From Escherichia phage BF15, in sequence record MW822007.1: 64,000 nt of DNA, one strand, 5' to 3'. Position numbers and translations under genes: made by a program. A model generated the notes under the pieces. The model did no database searches. It had not been told where the DNA came from and saw nothing but the letters and a program-made list of their open reading frames with translations. The number at the start of each line of letters is the position of its first letter. Position 1 is the stretch's first letter. Below are positions 49,153 to 59,735 of the stretch, one piece after another.

Positions 49153-49539
49153 TTATTCGAGGGAAAGAAGATATTTACTTTGATAAAACATTCCAGTAAT
49201 ATCATCTATCGTGCTTTGAATGGCTGGAGGCATTTCTTTGTAAATGCTGTTAGATTGGTCTAGTATACGATCAATCATTTTAATTGTGTCGGTAGGAAGT
49301 TTACTAGCATCTGGAATTGAAGGTGTGTATTTTCTACCAGAATACCCCAAATACTGCTCACCAAATTTATCAATCAAATCTGGCAACTCAGAGAAAATAA
49401 AATCGTATGCCTTGTGTCTAGCATAACTTTTAGTTTCAAAATGCGCAGAATGAAAATAAGCTTGTGCAGCCATTAATAAACCTAAGTATTCATCTGCCTT
49501 TGAAGGTTTTCCACTTTGTGAAAAGTCGCTGAATTTCAT
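49153..49539 (-). CDS. hypothetical protein (rI.-1 position)
   Basis: 128 aa; terminator hairpin immediately downstream. Confidence 0.5.
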   Translation of the reverse strand: MKFSDFSQSGKPSKADEYLGLLMAAQAYFHSAHFETKSYARHKAYDFIFSELPDLIDKFGEQYLGYSGRKYTPSIPDASKLPTDTIKMIDRILDQSNSIYKEMPPAIQSTIDDITGMFYQSKYLLSLE

Positions 49540-49829
49540 TCAGTCTCCAATTTAATGTTCATAATTCTAGCGTATGATTGTGCCATCTCCGCGCCTCGTT
49601 CTATACATTCAAAATCGGAAGAGCACGGGTCATTTTTATAGGTCGTTCGCATAAAACTATAGAACTGTTCAGATGATTCTACGCTTTTATTTTCAAAAAG
49701 CATATAAACATGTCTAATACCAGATTCCATAAATTTATCAAAATGAGGATCGACATTCGCTTCAATCGGCGGAGATAAAACAAACGTTAATCCTAGCATG
49801 GCAAATAGTGCCGTTGCTTTTAAGGCCAT
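49536..49829 (-). CDS. rI: lysis inhibition regulator RI
   Basis: 97 aa; signal-anchor plus periplasmic domain; matches T4 RI as recalled. Confidence 0.9.
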   Translation of the reverse strand: MALKATALFAMLGLTFVLSPPIEANVDPHFDKFMESGIRHVYMLFENKSVESSEQFYSFMRTTYKNDPCSSDFECIERGAEMAQSYARIMNIKLETE

Positions 49830-49841
49830 AAAGGCCTCCTA

Positions 49842-50054
49842 TCATTTTTGTCCTGTATTTACTTTATGCCGATGCACGGCCTTAACTTTATCAAGGTATT
49901 TTTCAAAATTTCGCAATCTAGTATAGTCTGCCGGAGATTGGTTGAGTGATACTTCTCGACGCAAAGCTGAAATGATATTTCCAACTTCCCTACGAATTTC
50001 ATCTAATTGAAGCACAGTAAGATTGCGAAGTTGCTTTTCAGTTAATTGTAGCAT
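49842..50054 (-). CDS. hypothetical protein (rI.1 position)
   Basis: 70 aa ORF. Confidence 0.45.
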
Positions 50055-50096
50055 ATATACCCCTTTAGTTAGATAAACCTATTTATAACTTTTGCA

Positions 50097-50678
50097 CTAA
50101 CCGAGCTTTTTAGTTAATTCATTCCAATGTTTTCTACACAAAGAAACATAAATTTCATCACCAATACAGATTTGATTACCTTCTTTAACTGGTGTTCCAT
50201 CTTCCATTAATCGAGCTGTCATAATCGCTTTTTTACCGCAATGACAAACTGCTTTTAGTTCAATAAGTTTATCTGCAATCGCCAAAAGTTCTTTAGAACC
50301 TTCAAATAATTTTCCGGCGAAATCAGTCCTTAATCCATAAGCCATAACAGGAACATTATATGTATCAACAATTCGACTTAATTGATGCACCTGTTCAGTT
50401 TTTAAAAATTGGGCTTCATCTACAAATACGCAATGAATATCTTTTTGTGCTTCAGCCCATTTATAGAACTCGAAAATATCCATATCATCTGTAATAATAT
50501 TCGCTTCCTGCTTAATTCCAATGCGAGAAACGACTTCACAGACAGAATCGCGAGTATCAATAGCAGGCTTAAGAACTAATACACTCATTCCACGTTCTTT
50601 ATAATTATGTGCAGCAGTCAAAAGAGAAGCAGATTTTCCAGCATTCATTGCCGCATAAGTAAAAATTAAACTCGCCAT
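50097..50678 (-). CDS. tk: thymidine kinase
   Basis: 193 aa; P-loop NAGKS; C-terminal zinc-binding Cys pairs. Confidence 0.9.
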   Translation of the reverse strand: MASLIFTYAAMNAGKSASLLTAAHNYKERGMSVLVLKPAIDTRDSVCEVVSRIGIKQEANIITDDMDIFEFYKWAEAQKDIHCVFVDEAQFLKTEQVHQLSRIVDTYNVPVMAYGLRTDFAGKLFEGSKELLAIADKLIELKAVCHCGKKAIMTARLMEDGTPVKEGNQICIGDEIYVSLCRKHWNELTKKLG

Positions 50679-50679
50679 T

Positions 50680-50868
50680 TTAATCCTTAGTTAAATTTTC
50701 TAAATATGTTTTTAAATCATTTTCAGCTTTATCGATAGATTTTACTAATTCGTAATATGTTTCGGCATCTCCATATTCAGAAGATATTTCAAAAGACAAA
50801 TCCTTTTCTAAACTAATAATTTCACCAACTAAAAATAATATTTCGTTCTTTTGTTCGCGAGTAATCAT
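50680..50868 (-). CDS. hypothetical protein (tk.x, small acidic paralog)
   Basis: 62 aa; resembles next ORF. Confidence 0.4.
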   Translation of the reverse strand: MITREQKNEILFLVGEIISLEKDLSFEISSEYGDAETYYELVKSIDKAENDLKTYLENLTKD

Positions 50869-51056
50869 AAGGAATTTATATAATTAATAAGTTCTTGTTC
50901 TTTATTATCGAATTCTTTAGAAAGTTCTTCGTACTCGTTTGCACTAAAAGGACCGCATTCATTACAAACTTTTTCCAATTCACTATTTTTATCCATAACT
51001 TCGTGGATAAGAGAAAAGAGTTTGTCTTTTTGTTCTTTACTTAAACTCATAACCAT
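50865..51056 (-). CDS. hypothetical protein (tk.x, small acidic paralog)
   Basis: 63 aa. Confidence 0.4.
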   Translation of the reverse strand: MVMSLSKEQKDKLFSLIHEVMDKNSELEKVCNECGPFSANEYEELSKEFDNKEQELINYINSL

Positions 51057-51274
51057 GTCACCTTTAAGCAGTATTCTTCTACATGCTGTTTACGACCTTT
51101 CTTATCAATAAAGGTATATTCAACGAATGTTCCAATGTAGTCTTTATCGACATCATGTGGACTATTAATTGGACATTTAGTACGGCAAATGCGTTCCCAT
51201 TGACGAATAATTACTGCCTTATTCTTTGGGTCATACGGATGTGGATAATGTATATTCATAATAATGGTTCCCAA
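51047..51274 (-). CDS. hypothetical protein (tk.x)
   Basis: 75 aa ORF. Confidence 0.4.
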   Translation of the reverse strand: MGTIIMNIHYPHPYDPKNKAVIIRQWERICRTKCPINSPHDVDKDYIGTFVEYTFIDKKGRKQHVEEYCLKVTWL

Positions 51275-51723
51275 TCAACAATCACAATTTCTAATTTAGA
51301 GGAATATGTATCTAAAATCCCCTCAATAATATCCCAGTTCCCTTTACCTATGCCTGCACCAATCCTAGGCATATAGATTGTAGGTTTAATTAGTTTATTT
51401 TCACCAAACTCATTTAATTCTAACATACAATTCATTAAAGCGGAATACTCAAAATTTGGCCCTGGTTGAAATTGAGTATAAAGATTAAAGCAGCAAGCTT
51501 TATGAGTCCTAAAGTATTTTTCATAGACTGAATAAGAACCAAGTTTAGTTACATCACCCCATTCAGTCTGTAATTTATCAGCTTCCAAAATTTTAGGGAA
51601 AGCTTTGGTTAATTGACCTGCGACTCCAGCTTTCATCATGTGAAAACAATTACATCCATGCGCAATATTTTTACCTTCAGCGAAAAGGGCGACAATATCG
51701 CCCTTGATATATTTTACAATCAT
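51256..51723 (-). CDS. putative macro-domain protein (ADP-ribose binding/hydrolase fold)
   Basis: 155 aa; GDIV-x9-IAHGCNC and MKAGVAG blocks resemble macro-domain GDIT...VNAAN and GGGVAGA motifs; later PRIGAGIGKG glycine loop. Confidence 0.5.
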   Translation of the reverse strand: MIVKYIKGDIVALFAEGKNIAHGCNCFHMMKAGVAGQLTKAFPKILEADKLQTEWGDVTKLGSYSVYEKYFRTHKACCFNLYTQFQPGPNFEYSALMNCMLELNEFGENKLIKPTIYMPRIGAGIGKGNWDIIEGILDTYSSKLEIVIVDWEPLL

Positions 51724-52067
51724 CTAGTACTCAATCCTCTATTATAAGAATCTACCAAACGGTCAACCATTGAATGACAAGCGGCTTTATCTTTCTCCTC
51801 CGCAACTGAACATTCTAAGGTATTCCACTTTTTAGCATATCGTTTTAATAATGTATCGTTTTTGTATCTGCTTGATTTATCTCTTTCTCCGTCTTTATAT
51901 GCATATATTAATTTCTGTGCAAATTCAGCTTGGCATGCTTTATTTTTCCCACAATAATCTGCCGCAGTGCGGTTTACATATTCTCTAATTTCAGTATATG
52001 ATGTATCTGCTGACGCAGAAGCAGAAAATGAAATTAATCCTATACATAAAACCAAAATTTTAGTCAT
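51720..52067 (-). CDS. secreted hypothetical protein (vs position)
   Basis: 115 aa with signal peptide. Confidence 0.4.
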   Translation of the reverse strand: MTKILVLCIGLISFSASASADTSYTEIREYVNRTAADYCGKNKACQAEFAQKLIYAYKDGERDKSSRYKNDTLLKRYAKKWNTLECSVAEEKDKAACHSMVDRLVDSYNRGLSTR

Positions 52068-52605
52068 TTACTATTTCCAAAAGTTTATTATTTTTAAGGT
52101 AATTAGCCTTTTCTAGGACTTCAGAAGCATATTTAGAACCAGCTTTAACATTCCATCCCGAATTATAAGAGGATATTGCTTTTCTTATATCACCCTTATG
52201 TATATTTAACCAATAAGAAAGTTCAATGTACGCCCAGGAAGCTGAATTGGATCGTTTATTCAACATTCTTTTTATTTCAGCATCGGTCATATTATAACCA
52301 AGTTCCTTAACTCTTGCTCGCATAGTAGGCAAATAATTTTGGAACATTCCGTAGGCGTGATGCTTTGGTTTAGATTTTAAATTAACTCCGCCAGAGCTTT
52401 CTTGCCATAAAATAGCAGCCATTATATGACCTAATCCGCTCTTGTGGATATTTTTGTGTGTTTTATATTTTCCATCCTTAGAAAACTGTTCCCCGAATTG
52501 ATACGCGTAACGCATGTTATCGAGTTGGACATTACTGAAAGTATGCTCGGAGCTATGTGCCATCATTGAAATGGCCAATAGACCAGCGAGTAGTGCTTTT
52601 CTCAT
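52060..52605 (-). CDS. lytic transglycosylase-like protein (SLT domain)
   Basis: 181 aa; signal peptide; WQESSGG catalytic-Glu motif. Confidence 0.6.
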   Translation of the reverse strand: MRKALLAGLLAISMMAHSSEHTFSNVQLDNMRYAYQFGEQFSKDGKYKTHKNIHKSGLGHIMAAILWQESSGGVNLKSKPKHHAYGMFQNYLPTMRARVKELGYNMTDAEIKRMLNKRSNSASWAYIELSYWLNIHKGDIRKAISSYNSGWNVKAGSKYASEVLEKANYLKNNKLLEIVND

Positions 52606-52612
52606 GCTTACC

Positions 52613-53074
52613 TCATTGAGTTTTAATTACTGCTTTAGAAGCCTTTCCTGGTAAACGACGACTGTTAATAATTGCCATCCTGCATTGAAGCGACGGGTCT
52701 TTGAACTTCGCATTAGGTTTACAAACTGTAAATCCAAGCCAAAGATTTCCATCTGTGATTTCTAAACGTCCAGGACGATATTCAACCCCATCAATAAAAT
52801 CCTCGTCAATGTCAGGACGCGGAGGCATACTCAGGAATTCATTAACTTCTAAAACATGGTCTTTTATTTTATGGAATAATTCAAAAACGTATGTCTCATC
52901 AATCTCCCGTTGAATTGCGCGATCAAGAAGATGTTGAGAATATTTTAGATGAAACGATGAGACCCCTGCTGCTTTTGATGCCTCACGAATCTCATTGTTA
53001 ATTTGACGAAACTCCGACTCAAAGTGACGACGAAGCTTATTTCGACGGATAAAAACTTCTGTGTTGATAGTCAT
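52613..53074 (-). CDS. regB: RegB endoribonuclease
   Basis: 153 aa; matches T4 RegB; early promoter at 53102-53131. Confidence 0.9.
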   Translation of the reverse strand: MTINTEVFIRRNKLRRHFESEFRQINNEIREASKAAGVSSFHLKYSQHLLDRAIQREIDETYVFELFHKIKDHVLEVNEFLSMPPRPDIDEDFIDGVEYRPGRLEITDGNLWLGFTVCKPNAKFKDPSLQCRMAIINSRRLPGKASKAVIKTQ

Positions 53075-53101
53075 GTTATTCTCCTCTTAACTGATAGAAA
53101 A

Positions 53102-53131
53102 ATTATACCACAGTCAAGAGGAAAAGTAAAC
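53102..53131 (-). promoter_or_regulatory. T4-type early promoter (regB)
   Basis: minus strand GTTTAC-N18-TATAAT, 28 nt upstream of regB ATG. Confidence 0.65.
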
Positions 53132-53133
53132 AG

Positions 53134-53454
53134 TTATTCTTTAAATCTAATCAATTTATTCATAGACTTTGAAACTTCTGCACGAACCTCATGTAGATTT
53201 TTGAGCTGTTCAAGACGCTGCGTATAGTAAGCAATTTCATCTTCTTCGAGACAGTCCTGTGAATCTTCTTTAAGATAACGTGCATAGTCCTGAAAAGCGT
53301 TACGAACTACTTCCTGGAAGTCATCAAGACTTTGAATTTTCTTAGGAGCAGCAGATACACGACGAGGGGCAGTATAATACTCATAACCAAACCCTGCGCT
53401 TAATTGAGCCATTAGTATTTTTCCTCTGGTTGGAACACTGCACGACAAGCCCAC
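53134..53454 (-). CDS. hypothetical protein (vs.3 position)
   Basis: 106 aa ORF. Confidence 0.4.
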   Translation of the reverse strand: MGLSCSVPTRGKILMAQLSAGFGYEYYTAPRRVSAAPKKIQSLDDFQEVVRNAFQDYARYLKEDSQDCLEEDEIAYYTQRLEQLKNLHEVRAEVSKSMNKLIRFKE

Positions 53455-53714
53455 ATACTGGCTTCTTTGAGTTTCGTTTTAGCAATAGTTAACTGATCGA
53501 GGCTTTCGGCGTAATTCTTCGCGAGTTCATCATCTTCACAGCTATCAAATGCTTCCCAAAATTCATCGTATAAAGCATCAAAGATAAGTCCTAAACGAAC
53601 TTCAGCGTCTTTAATAGCATTTACTTTACCGATTTTTTCGTCGGTATGTGGCTTATAACCTTTAATATCTTCAATCATATTTGACTTCCTCACCAGTACA
53701 TAAATCGTATTCAA
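53412..53714 (-). CDS. hypothetical protein (vs.4 position)
   Basis: 100 aa ORF, second gene right of regB; start may be internal. Confidence 0.4.
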   Translation of the reverse strand: MNTIYVLVRKSNMIEDIKGYKPHTDEKIGKVNAIKDAEVRLGLIFDALYDEFWEAFDSCEDDELAKNYAESLDQLTIAKTKLKEASMWACRAVFQPEEKY

Positions 53715-53892
53715 CTAAACGAATAGGTTCATGAATGCCATATCCCTGAACAGAAATTTCTGTAGTAGGATAAATTCCATTAATATCACCCATGTTCCAT
53801 GCTTCGTTAAATTGCTGTTCGCCTGAATTACTAAACCATTCGGCGAAAGCATTTAGCACATCTTCAGAACCTTCAATAATTATCTTTGCCAT
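53671..53892 (-). CDS. hypothetical protein (vs.5 position)
   Basis: 73 aa ORF. Confidence 0.4.
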   Translation of the reverse strand: MAKIIIEGSEDVLNAFAEWFSNSGEQQFNEAWNMGDINGIYPTTEISVQGYGIHEPIRLVEYDLCTGEEVKYD

Positions 53893-54254
53893 TACAAACT
53901 CTCGGTAAAGGTACGAGCGATAACGTCGCGCTGCTGTTCCGGAGTCAGAGAGTTAAAGCGAACTGCATAACCGGATACACGGATGGTCAGCTGCGGATAT
54001 TTTTCCGGATGCTTAACTGCATCTTCCAGAGTTTCACGACGCAGCACGTTTACGTTCAGGTGTTGACCACCTTCAATTTTAACTGTAGGCTGTTGCTCAA
54101 TTTCAATTTCACGGGCATGCAAACCGTAGAAAATTTCTGGGTCTACAAAAGAGTCCTCTTTAAAGGTTTTAGAGACAATAATTCGTGCTTGAATACCATC
54201 TTCAAAATAAATAGTACCTTTATGTGTGCCTTCAAGAATTTGATATGCTTTCAT
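53892..54254 (-). CDS. GrcA/YfiD-like autonomous glycyl radical cofactor
   Basis: 120 aa; C-terminal ~60 aa ([60 protein letters not shown]) match E. coli GrcA as recalled; 3' half visibly GC-rich. Confidence 0.8.
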   Translation of the reverse strand: MKAYQILEGTHKGTIYFEDGIQARIIVSKTFKEDSFVDPEIFYGLHAREIEIEQQPTVKIEGGQHLNVNVLRRETLEDAVKHPEKYPQLTIRVSGYAVRFNSLTPEQQRDVIARTFTESL

Positions 54255-54261
54255 ATAAACC

Positions 54262-54642
54262 TCAATTAGAAAATAAATTTATCCAAGATTGTTCTTTAAT
54301 TAAAAATGGCTCAGAATCATATGCCATTAAACTCTGTGTGATTAGTCCTTTAAAAGGCCCATCAATAAATTCCATGGTAAAATATGGAATTTTATTCATT
54401 AGCCGTGCATTAGGAGCAGTACATAAAACTCTGCATCCTTTGAATACACCTTTTTGTAATTTGTATTGCTTGGGATAAAATTCGCTCAAAATGTTGTTAT
54501 TTGCCAAAATTTCAAAATGATTTACCAATTTATTTTTAATAGTTTTTGGCGAAAAATAGAGATATTCGAAAAGCTGAGTGTCTGTCATCATTGCATTCCG
54601 ATTACGAAAAACTGTGGACGAGTAATACCACCAATACAACAT
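54262..54642 (-). CDS. hypothetical protein (vs.7 position)
   Basis: 126 aa ORF. Confidence 0.4.
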   Translation of the reverse strand: MLYWWYYSSTVFRNRNAMMTDTQLFEYLYFSPKTIKNKLVNHFEILANNNILSEFYPKQYKLQKGVFKGCRVLCTAPNARLMNKIPYFTMEFIDGPFKGLITQSLMAYDSEPFLIKEQSWINLFSN

Positions 54643-55127
54643 TTAATATTACAGCAGCAGTGTACAGTGTCAATATGGACACTATAAATCTTATCCATAT
54701 CAGGAGATTTGACAGGCTCGTCAATTATATACAAAATTCGCGAAAGCGATAAACCTCTGAACTTGCTTCCTTTATTACCAATAAAACTGCGTACAGAATC
54801 AGTAAATAAACGAAAACGTATATCATCATTAGAATAACGCGAAAATTCCTTTTTAATGTTATTTGCAGAAATTTTAGCGTAAGCTGAAGTATTAGAAAGA
54901 ACAATAACTGTTCCGCCATCATACAACCAATTAGCAGCAAAGTTAGTCACAGCAATTGATTTACCGGATTGACGCCCACCATCTAGTCGAAGTGTGCAAT
55001 ACTGTTTAAGTAAGTCTTCAAATGGCGGGATATATTCGTTTTTACAAATTTCTTCTACTCTAGCATCAGAATGGTGTGTAAAAGCATTCATCAGGGATAG
55101 ATAAGGTCCAGTTAAAAATGTTCTCAT
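54588..55127 (-). CDS. small P-loop NTPase-like protein
   Basis: 179 aa; Walker A GGRQSGKS, Walker B-like ILYIIDEP; ATG at 55127. Confidence 0.45.
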   Translation of the reverse strand: MRTFLTGPYLSLMNAFTHHSDARVEEICKNEYIPPFEDLLKQYCTLRLDGGRQSGKSIAVTNFAANWLYDGGTVIVLSNTSAYAKISANNIKKEFSRYSNDDIRFRLFTDSVRSFIGNKGSKFRGLSLSRILYIIDEPVKSPDMDKIYSVHIDTVHCCCNIKCCIGGITRPQFFVIGMQ

Positions 55128-55208
55128 TTAGTTTCTCTTTTAGGTTGGGCCATTCCGTGGCGCATGAATTGTCCATTTCTGTATTTACCCCTCCAAGTAA
55201 TTATGAAT

Positions 55209-55238
55209 ATACTATCACAATTCTAGGAGAAAGTAAAC
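55209..55238 (-). promoter_or_regulatory. T4-type early promoter (P-loop gene)
   Basis: minus strand GTTTAC with TAGTAT-like -10. Confidence 0.45.
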
Positions 55239-55240
55239 TG

Positions 55241-55543
55241 TTATTTACCTTTAATTACTTTAGCTGCTTCGATAGCCGCTTGCTGAAGGTCATCCATAGA
55301 CATACCGAATTTAGAAGCAAAGTTATCAATTTTCTTTTCGACAGCATTCAAAGGCTTGGCCTGTTTACCTTCATTAGCGCCAGGAAGAGCGAGAATACGC
55401 TCTTTGTCAATATAAAGGCTTACAAGTTTCTTACGGTCTTTATCGGACAAATCATGAAATGAATGGGCCTTTTTATTTATAGCGGCTTCTAATTTACCTG
55501 CACTCACTCGCGCTTCAGTAATAAATTCTTGATATGTTTTCAT
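55241..55543 (-). CDS. ipII: internal protein IPII
   Basis: 100 aa; capsid-targeting leader MKTYQEFITEA; size as T4 IPII. Confidence 0.75.
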   Translation of the reverse strand: MKTYQEFITEARVSAGKLEAAINKKAHSFHDLSDKDRKKLVSLYIDKERILALPGANEGKQAKPLNAVEKKIDNFASKFGMSMDDLQQAAIEAAKVIKGK

Positions 55544-55584
55544 ATGTTTCCTTTAAATGTAAATAGGTCTGAGTATTATCTTTA

Positions 55585-56163
55585 TTAGGAATTACGGGCT
55601 GCATTAGCAACGGCGTAAGCGTACTGGACATTAGCGTCTTTAAACGTACCTTTAGAGGTATCTATTTCTGCCTTAAAGCCGCCTTTAGCCATAACATCGG
55701 CAAATTCTTTACGGAAAGCCATTGCATCAAGACCTTTCCATGATGATTTATGCTTGGCAAATTCAAGACCAGCGTAGTTGACAGCCTTAGCTAATTTATT
55801 ATCAATAACCCATTTACCGGCTTTAGGCACAAACTTCGGGCCTTTTTGTTTAGAGAACAGTTTTAAATTCCAGCGACGAAGGTCACTGTCGGCTTTAACA
55901 AAAGCTGCGTCTAAGTTACTAGCAACAACATCTTCAATATGAGCAAATTTAAGTCCGTCAACTTCAATATTTAGATCGTTACGCCAGCGAAGTCCTTCCC
56001 AAGCGAAGGCTTTAAAGTCGGAAGCCTTTGTAGCTAAGTACCGTTCAATAGGAGCTGTTTTAGGGTCAAAGCCGTTTCCCGATCGGTAGGTCCACTCATC
56101 TTTATTAATGCCTTTGGCCTTTACTATAGAAGCTTCGGCAATAAATTCTTGATAGGTTTTCAT
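55585..56163 (-). CDS. ipIII: internal protein IPIII
   Basis: 192 aa; leader MKTYQEFIAEA; size as T4 IPIII. Confidence 0.75.
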   Translation of the reverse strand: MKTYQEFIAEASIVKAKGINKDEWTYRSGNGFDPKTAPIERYLATKASDFKAFAWEGLRWRNDLNIEVDGLKFAHIEDVVASNLDAAFVKADSDLRRWNLKLFSKQKGPKFVPKAGKWVIDNKLAKAVNYAGLEFAKHKSSWKGLDAMAFRKEFADVMAKGGFKAEIDTSKGTFKDANVQYAYAVANAARNS

Positions 56164-56224
56164 GTGTTTCCTTGTTTGTTTTGATAGAGTAATTATACCA
56201 TATTAATACTTAAGCGTAAACCGT

Positions 56225-56485
56225 TTAAGCTTTACCGCCAGAAATAATTCCGAAGTTGTTAAAATCATATCCAATATCGTCAACATCTACTTTAGGACTT
56301 GCTACAACATAAGCAATTTCACTACGTTTTGCACAGGTGTTGATTTCTTTACCATCGCCACCTAAGAAAGAATACCCATTACGTTTTAATGAGCCAAAGT
56401 CTTCCGCATCACCAATGAAAGCTTTAACTTTAAATTTAGAACCTTTGGCATCTGCTTCAACGATAAATTCTTGATACATTTTCAT
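56225..56485 (-). CDS. additional internal-protein-like ORF
   Basis: 86 aa; leader MKMYQEFIVEA; own early promoter at 56623-56652. Confidence 0.55.
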   Translation of the reverse strand: MKMYQEFIVEADAKGSKFKVKAFIGDAEDFGSLKRNGYSFLGGDGKEINTCAKRSEIAYVVASPKVDVDDIGYDFNNFGIISGGKA

Positions 56486-56622
56486 TTTTCCTTAGTAAAT
56501 TGATTTACCAAAGTATTTGTACCAAGTCGGACGTTGATCAATTTTTTCATCTAAGCGTGCTTGATTTATCGCAATGGACGCTTCGGACGGGTCATAATTT
56601 CCTCCAAGTAGTTGATGAATGT

Positions 56623-56652
56623 ATAGTATCAAAACCCTTGGAGGAAGTAAAC
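56623..56652 (-). promoter_or_regulatory. T4-type early promoter (extra ip-like gene)
   Basis: minus strand GTTTAC-N18-TACTAT. Confidence 0.55.
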
Positions 56653-56654
56653 AA

Positions 56655-57895
<1,241 letters not shown>

Positions 57896-57914
<19 letters not shown>

Positions 57915-58384
57915 TCAGTGATAAAGCTATTTAAATTTTGGGTATATTTCTTTTCATCATAAATCTTTTGCTGTCTGCGTAAACGCCATGGCATTTCAAT
58001 GAACATACGCCATATTCCTGATAATACTGCTGCTGTAAAAATATTAACAAGTATAGTTAAAAGAATCCAATCTCCTATTCTGTCCATTGGATTTTTTATA
58101 AAAAAGTAAAATACGAATGATGATATAGGAAGACTAATGATATACCACAGAAGAACCTTTTTATCTGTGAACCAATCAGCGTTCGTTAACTTAGCGCGAC
58201 CATTATGAATACACACGAATTTATCGTCTGTTATAGTAGATGGCTTAACTGGTTGATATCCCATTCTAAACTCCCTAATCAACAAATTTTTCATATCTTC
58301 GGAACAGCCATTCCAGTCAACTCTATCAACTGAAATGCCATCGTCCCCATCATCTAAATCATACCAACGAGTTTTTAAAATCAT
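57896..58384 (-). CDS. hypothetical membrane protein (e.x)
   Basis: 162 aa; TM segments. Confidence 0.4.
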
Positions 58385-58743
58385 TTGATTTTCCTACAAT
58401 CACTCACAAACTCTTCCATTGATTCTTTTTCAATATAAGACATGTAGTTGTTATATTCTTTTAATTGTATTTTGTAATCCTTTTTTCTTTGCCAATTTAT
58501 TTTAAAATTATCATAATGAAAAAATAGCATGGTACCAAAGAATGAAAATAATGAAATCGCTATAGTATAACGAAGTTCGCTCCAAACCTCTGTTATAATT
58601 GCTGAACTATCGACGTTTAAAATAAAACAGTCAATCATTAGTCCAATAAGACTACCCGCAAGAGCTGCAAATACTGATACGGCAAGAATTAATAGTGCCT
58701 CAGGAAACGAATATTTGACTTTATTTAGTTTTGGCTTTTGCAT
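58381..58743 (-). CDS. hypothetical membrane protein (e.x)
   Basis: 120 aa; TM segments. Confidence 0.4.
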   Translation of the reverse strand: MQKPKLNKVKYSFPEALLILAVSVFAALAGSLIGLMIDCFILNVDSSAIITEVWSELRYTIAISLFSFFGTMLFFHYDNFKINWQRKKDYKIQLKEYNNYMSYIEKESMEEFVSDCRKIK

Positions 58744-59138
58744 CGTGATTCCTTAACAAATTTCATAATTTCGTTAAATTCATACATATCTAGTTTAAGC
58801 TGGTGTTCCTTTTTAATCTTTTTACACTGAGCTTTCCATTCACGTACGCGTTTACGATAATGTCTTCCTTGATACCAGTATCCTACCCAATTTACAGGTA
58901 CCAATAAAAATGGAACTACTAATGGAAGAATTAACGTTGCTCCAAATATTACGCCAGATTCAATATCTGTCATAACGTCTATAACCATTCCAGCAATCAG
59001 TAGAATTACAAATGATACAGCTACCACAGGACCCATTAATACATCGGTAGAAATTATCTGGCGCTTTAGTTCATACTTCAAAGGTTTACTTGGAAGGTAT
59101 AGTGATGGCTTTGACATATTCTCTACATTCCTTAACAA
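58725..59138 (-). CDS. hypothetical membrane protein (e.x)
   Basis: 137 aa; TM segments. Confidence 0.4.
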   Translation of the reverse strand: MLRNVENMSKPSLYLPSKPLKYELKRQIISTDVLMGPVVAVSFVILLIAGMVIDVMTDIESGVIFGATLILPLVVPFLLVPVNWVGYWYQGRHYRKRVREWKAQCKKIKKEHQLKLDMYEFNEIMKFVKESRCKSQN

Positions 59139-59694
59139 ATTTTTCTAGTAATAAATCGCTTTCAAAATTAGGATTTTTCACGAATTTATCAAAAAGATCA
59201 TCAATAATAGTCAAAATATTCTTTTTACTAAGAATACGCTTATTTTCATATTCCGTTTCAGAGTCAACTATAAGAGTAAAGAAATATTTCTTTCCCTGAA
59301 ATTTTACCGTAGTATCAATATAAAATAAATTTGACTTTTGTAAATTACGTTTAAACCATGCGTCACTTAAACTATAAATGCCAAGATAATCATAATCGTC
59401 GTTTAAATAACAAACTGTCCATTCAGGAGAAATGAAATCAGTAAATTCAACATCAAAATCACATGTCAATGAATGAATTGATTCAATACTGTTAATAAGT
59501 ATTCCAGGACGTATTAAAGACTTTTTACCTCTATAAAATCTTCCAGAAAGACTTTCGTCAGTTTCATACGAAGACCCCCAATAGTAATTACGTCCTTCTG
59601 CCATACGTTTAAGAGCATTCAGTAATTGGTCTGGAACATCAACCTGTCTTTGGAACTCTTCAAACATTGAATTGAAATCATTTTGCATTCTCAT
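59086..59694 (-). CDS. hypothetical protein (e.x)
   Basis: 202 aa ORF; start uncertain. Confidence 0.45.
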   Translation of the reverse strand: MRMQNDFNSMFEEFQRQVDVPDQLLNALKRMAEGRNYYWGSSYETDESLSGRFYRGKKSLIRPGILINSIESIHSLTCDFDVEFTDFISPEWTVCYLNDDYDYLGIYSLSDAWFKRNLQKSNLFYIDTTVKFQGKKYFFTLIVDSETEYENKRILSKKNILTIIDDLFDKFVKNPNFESDLLLEKFVKECREYVKAITIPSK

Positions 59695-59711
59695 TCCTAT
59701 TTACTCCAAGT

Positions 59712-59729
59712 AATAGGGGCCGAAGCCCC
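59712..59729 (-). terminator. stem-loop/terminator
   Basis: GGGGC-UUCG-GCCCC hairpin. Confidence 0.5.
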
Positions 59730-59735
59730 TTATCA

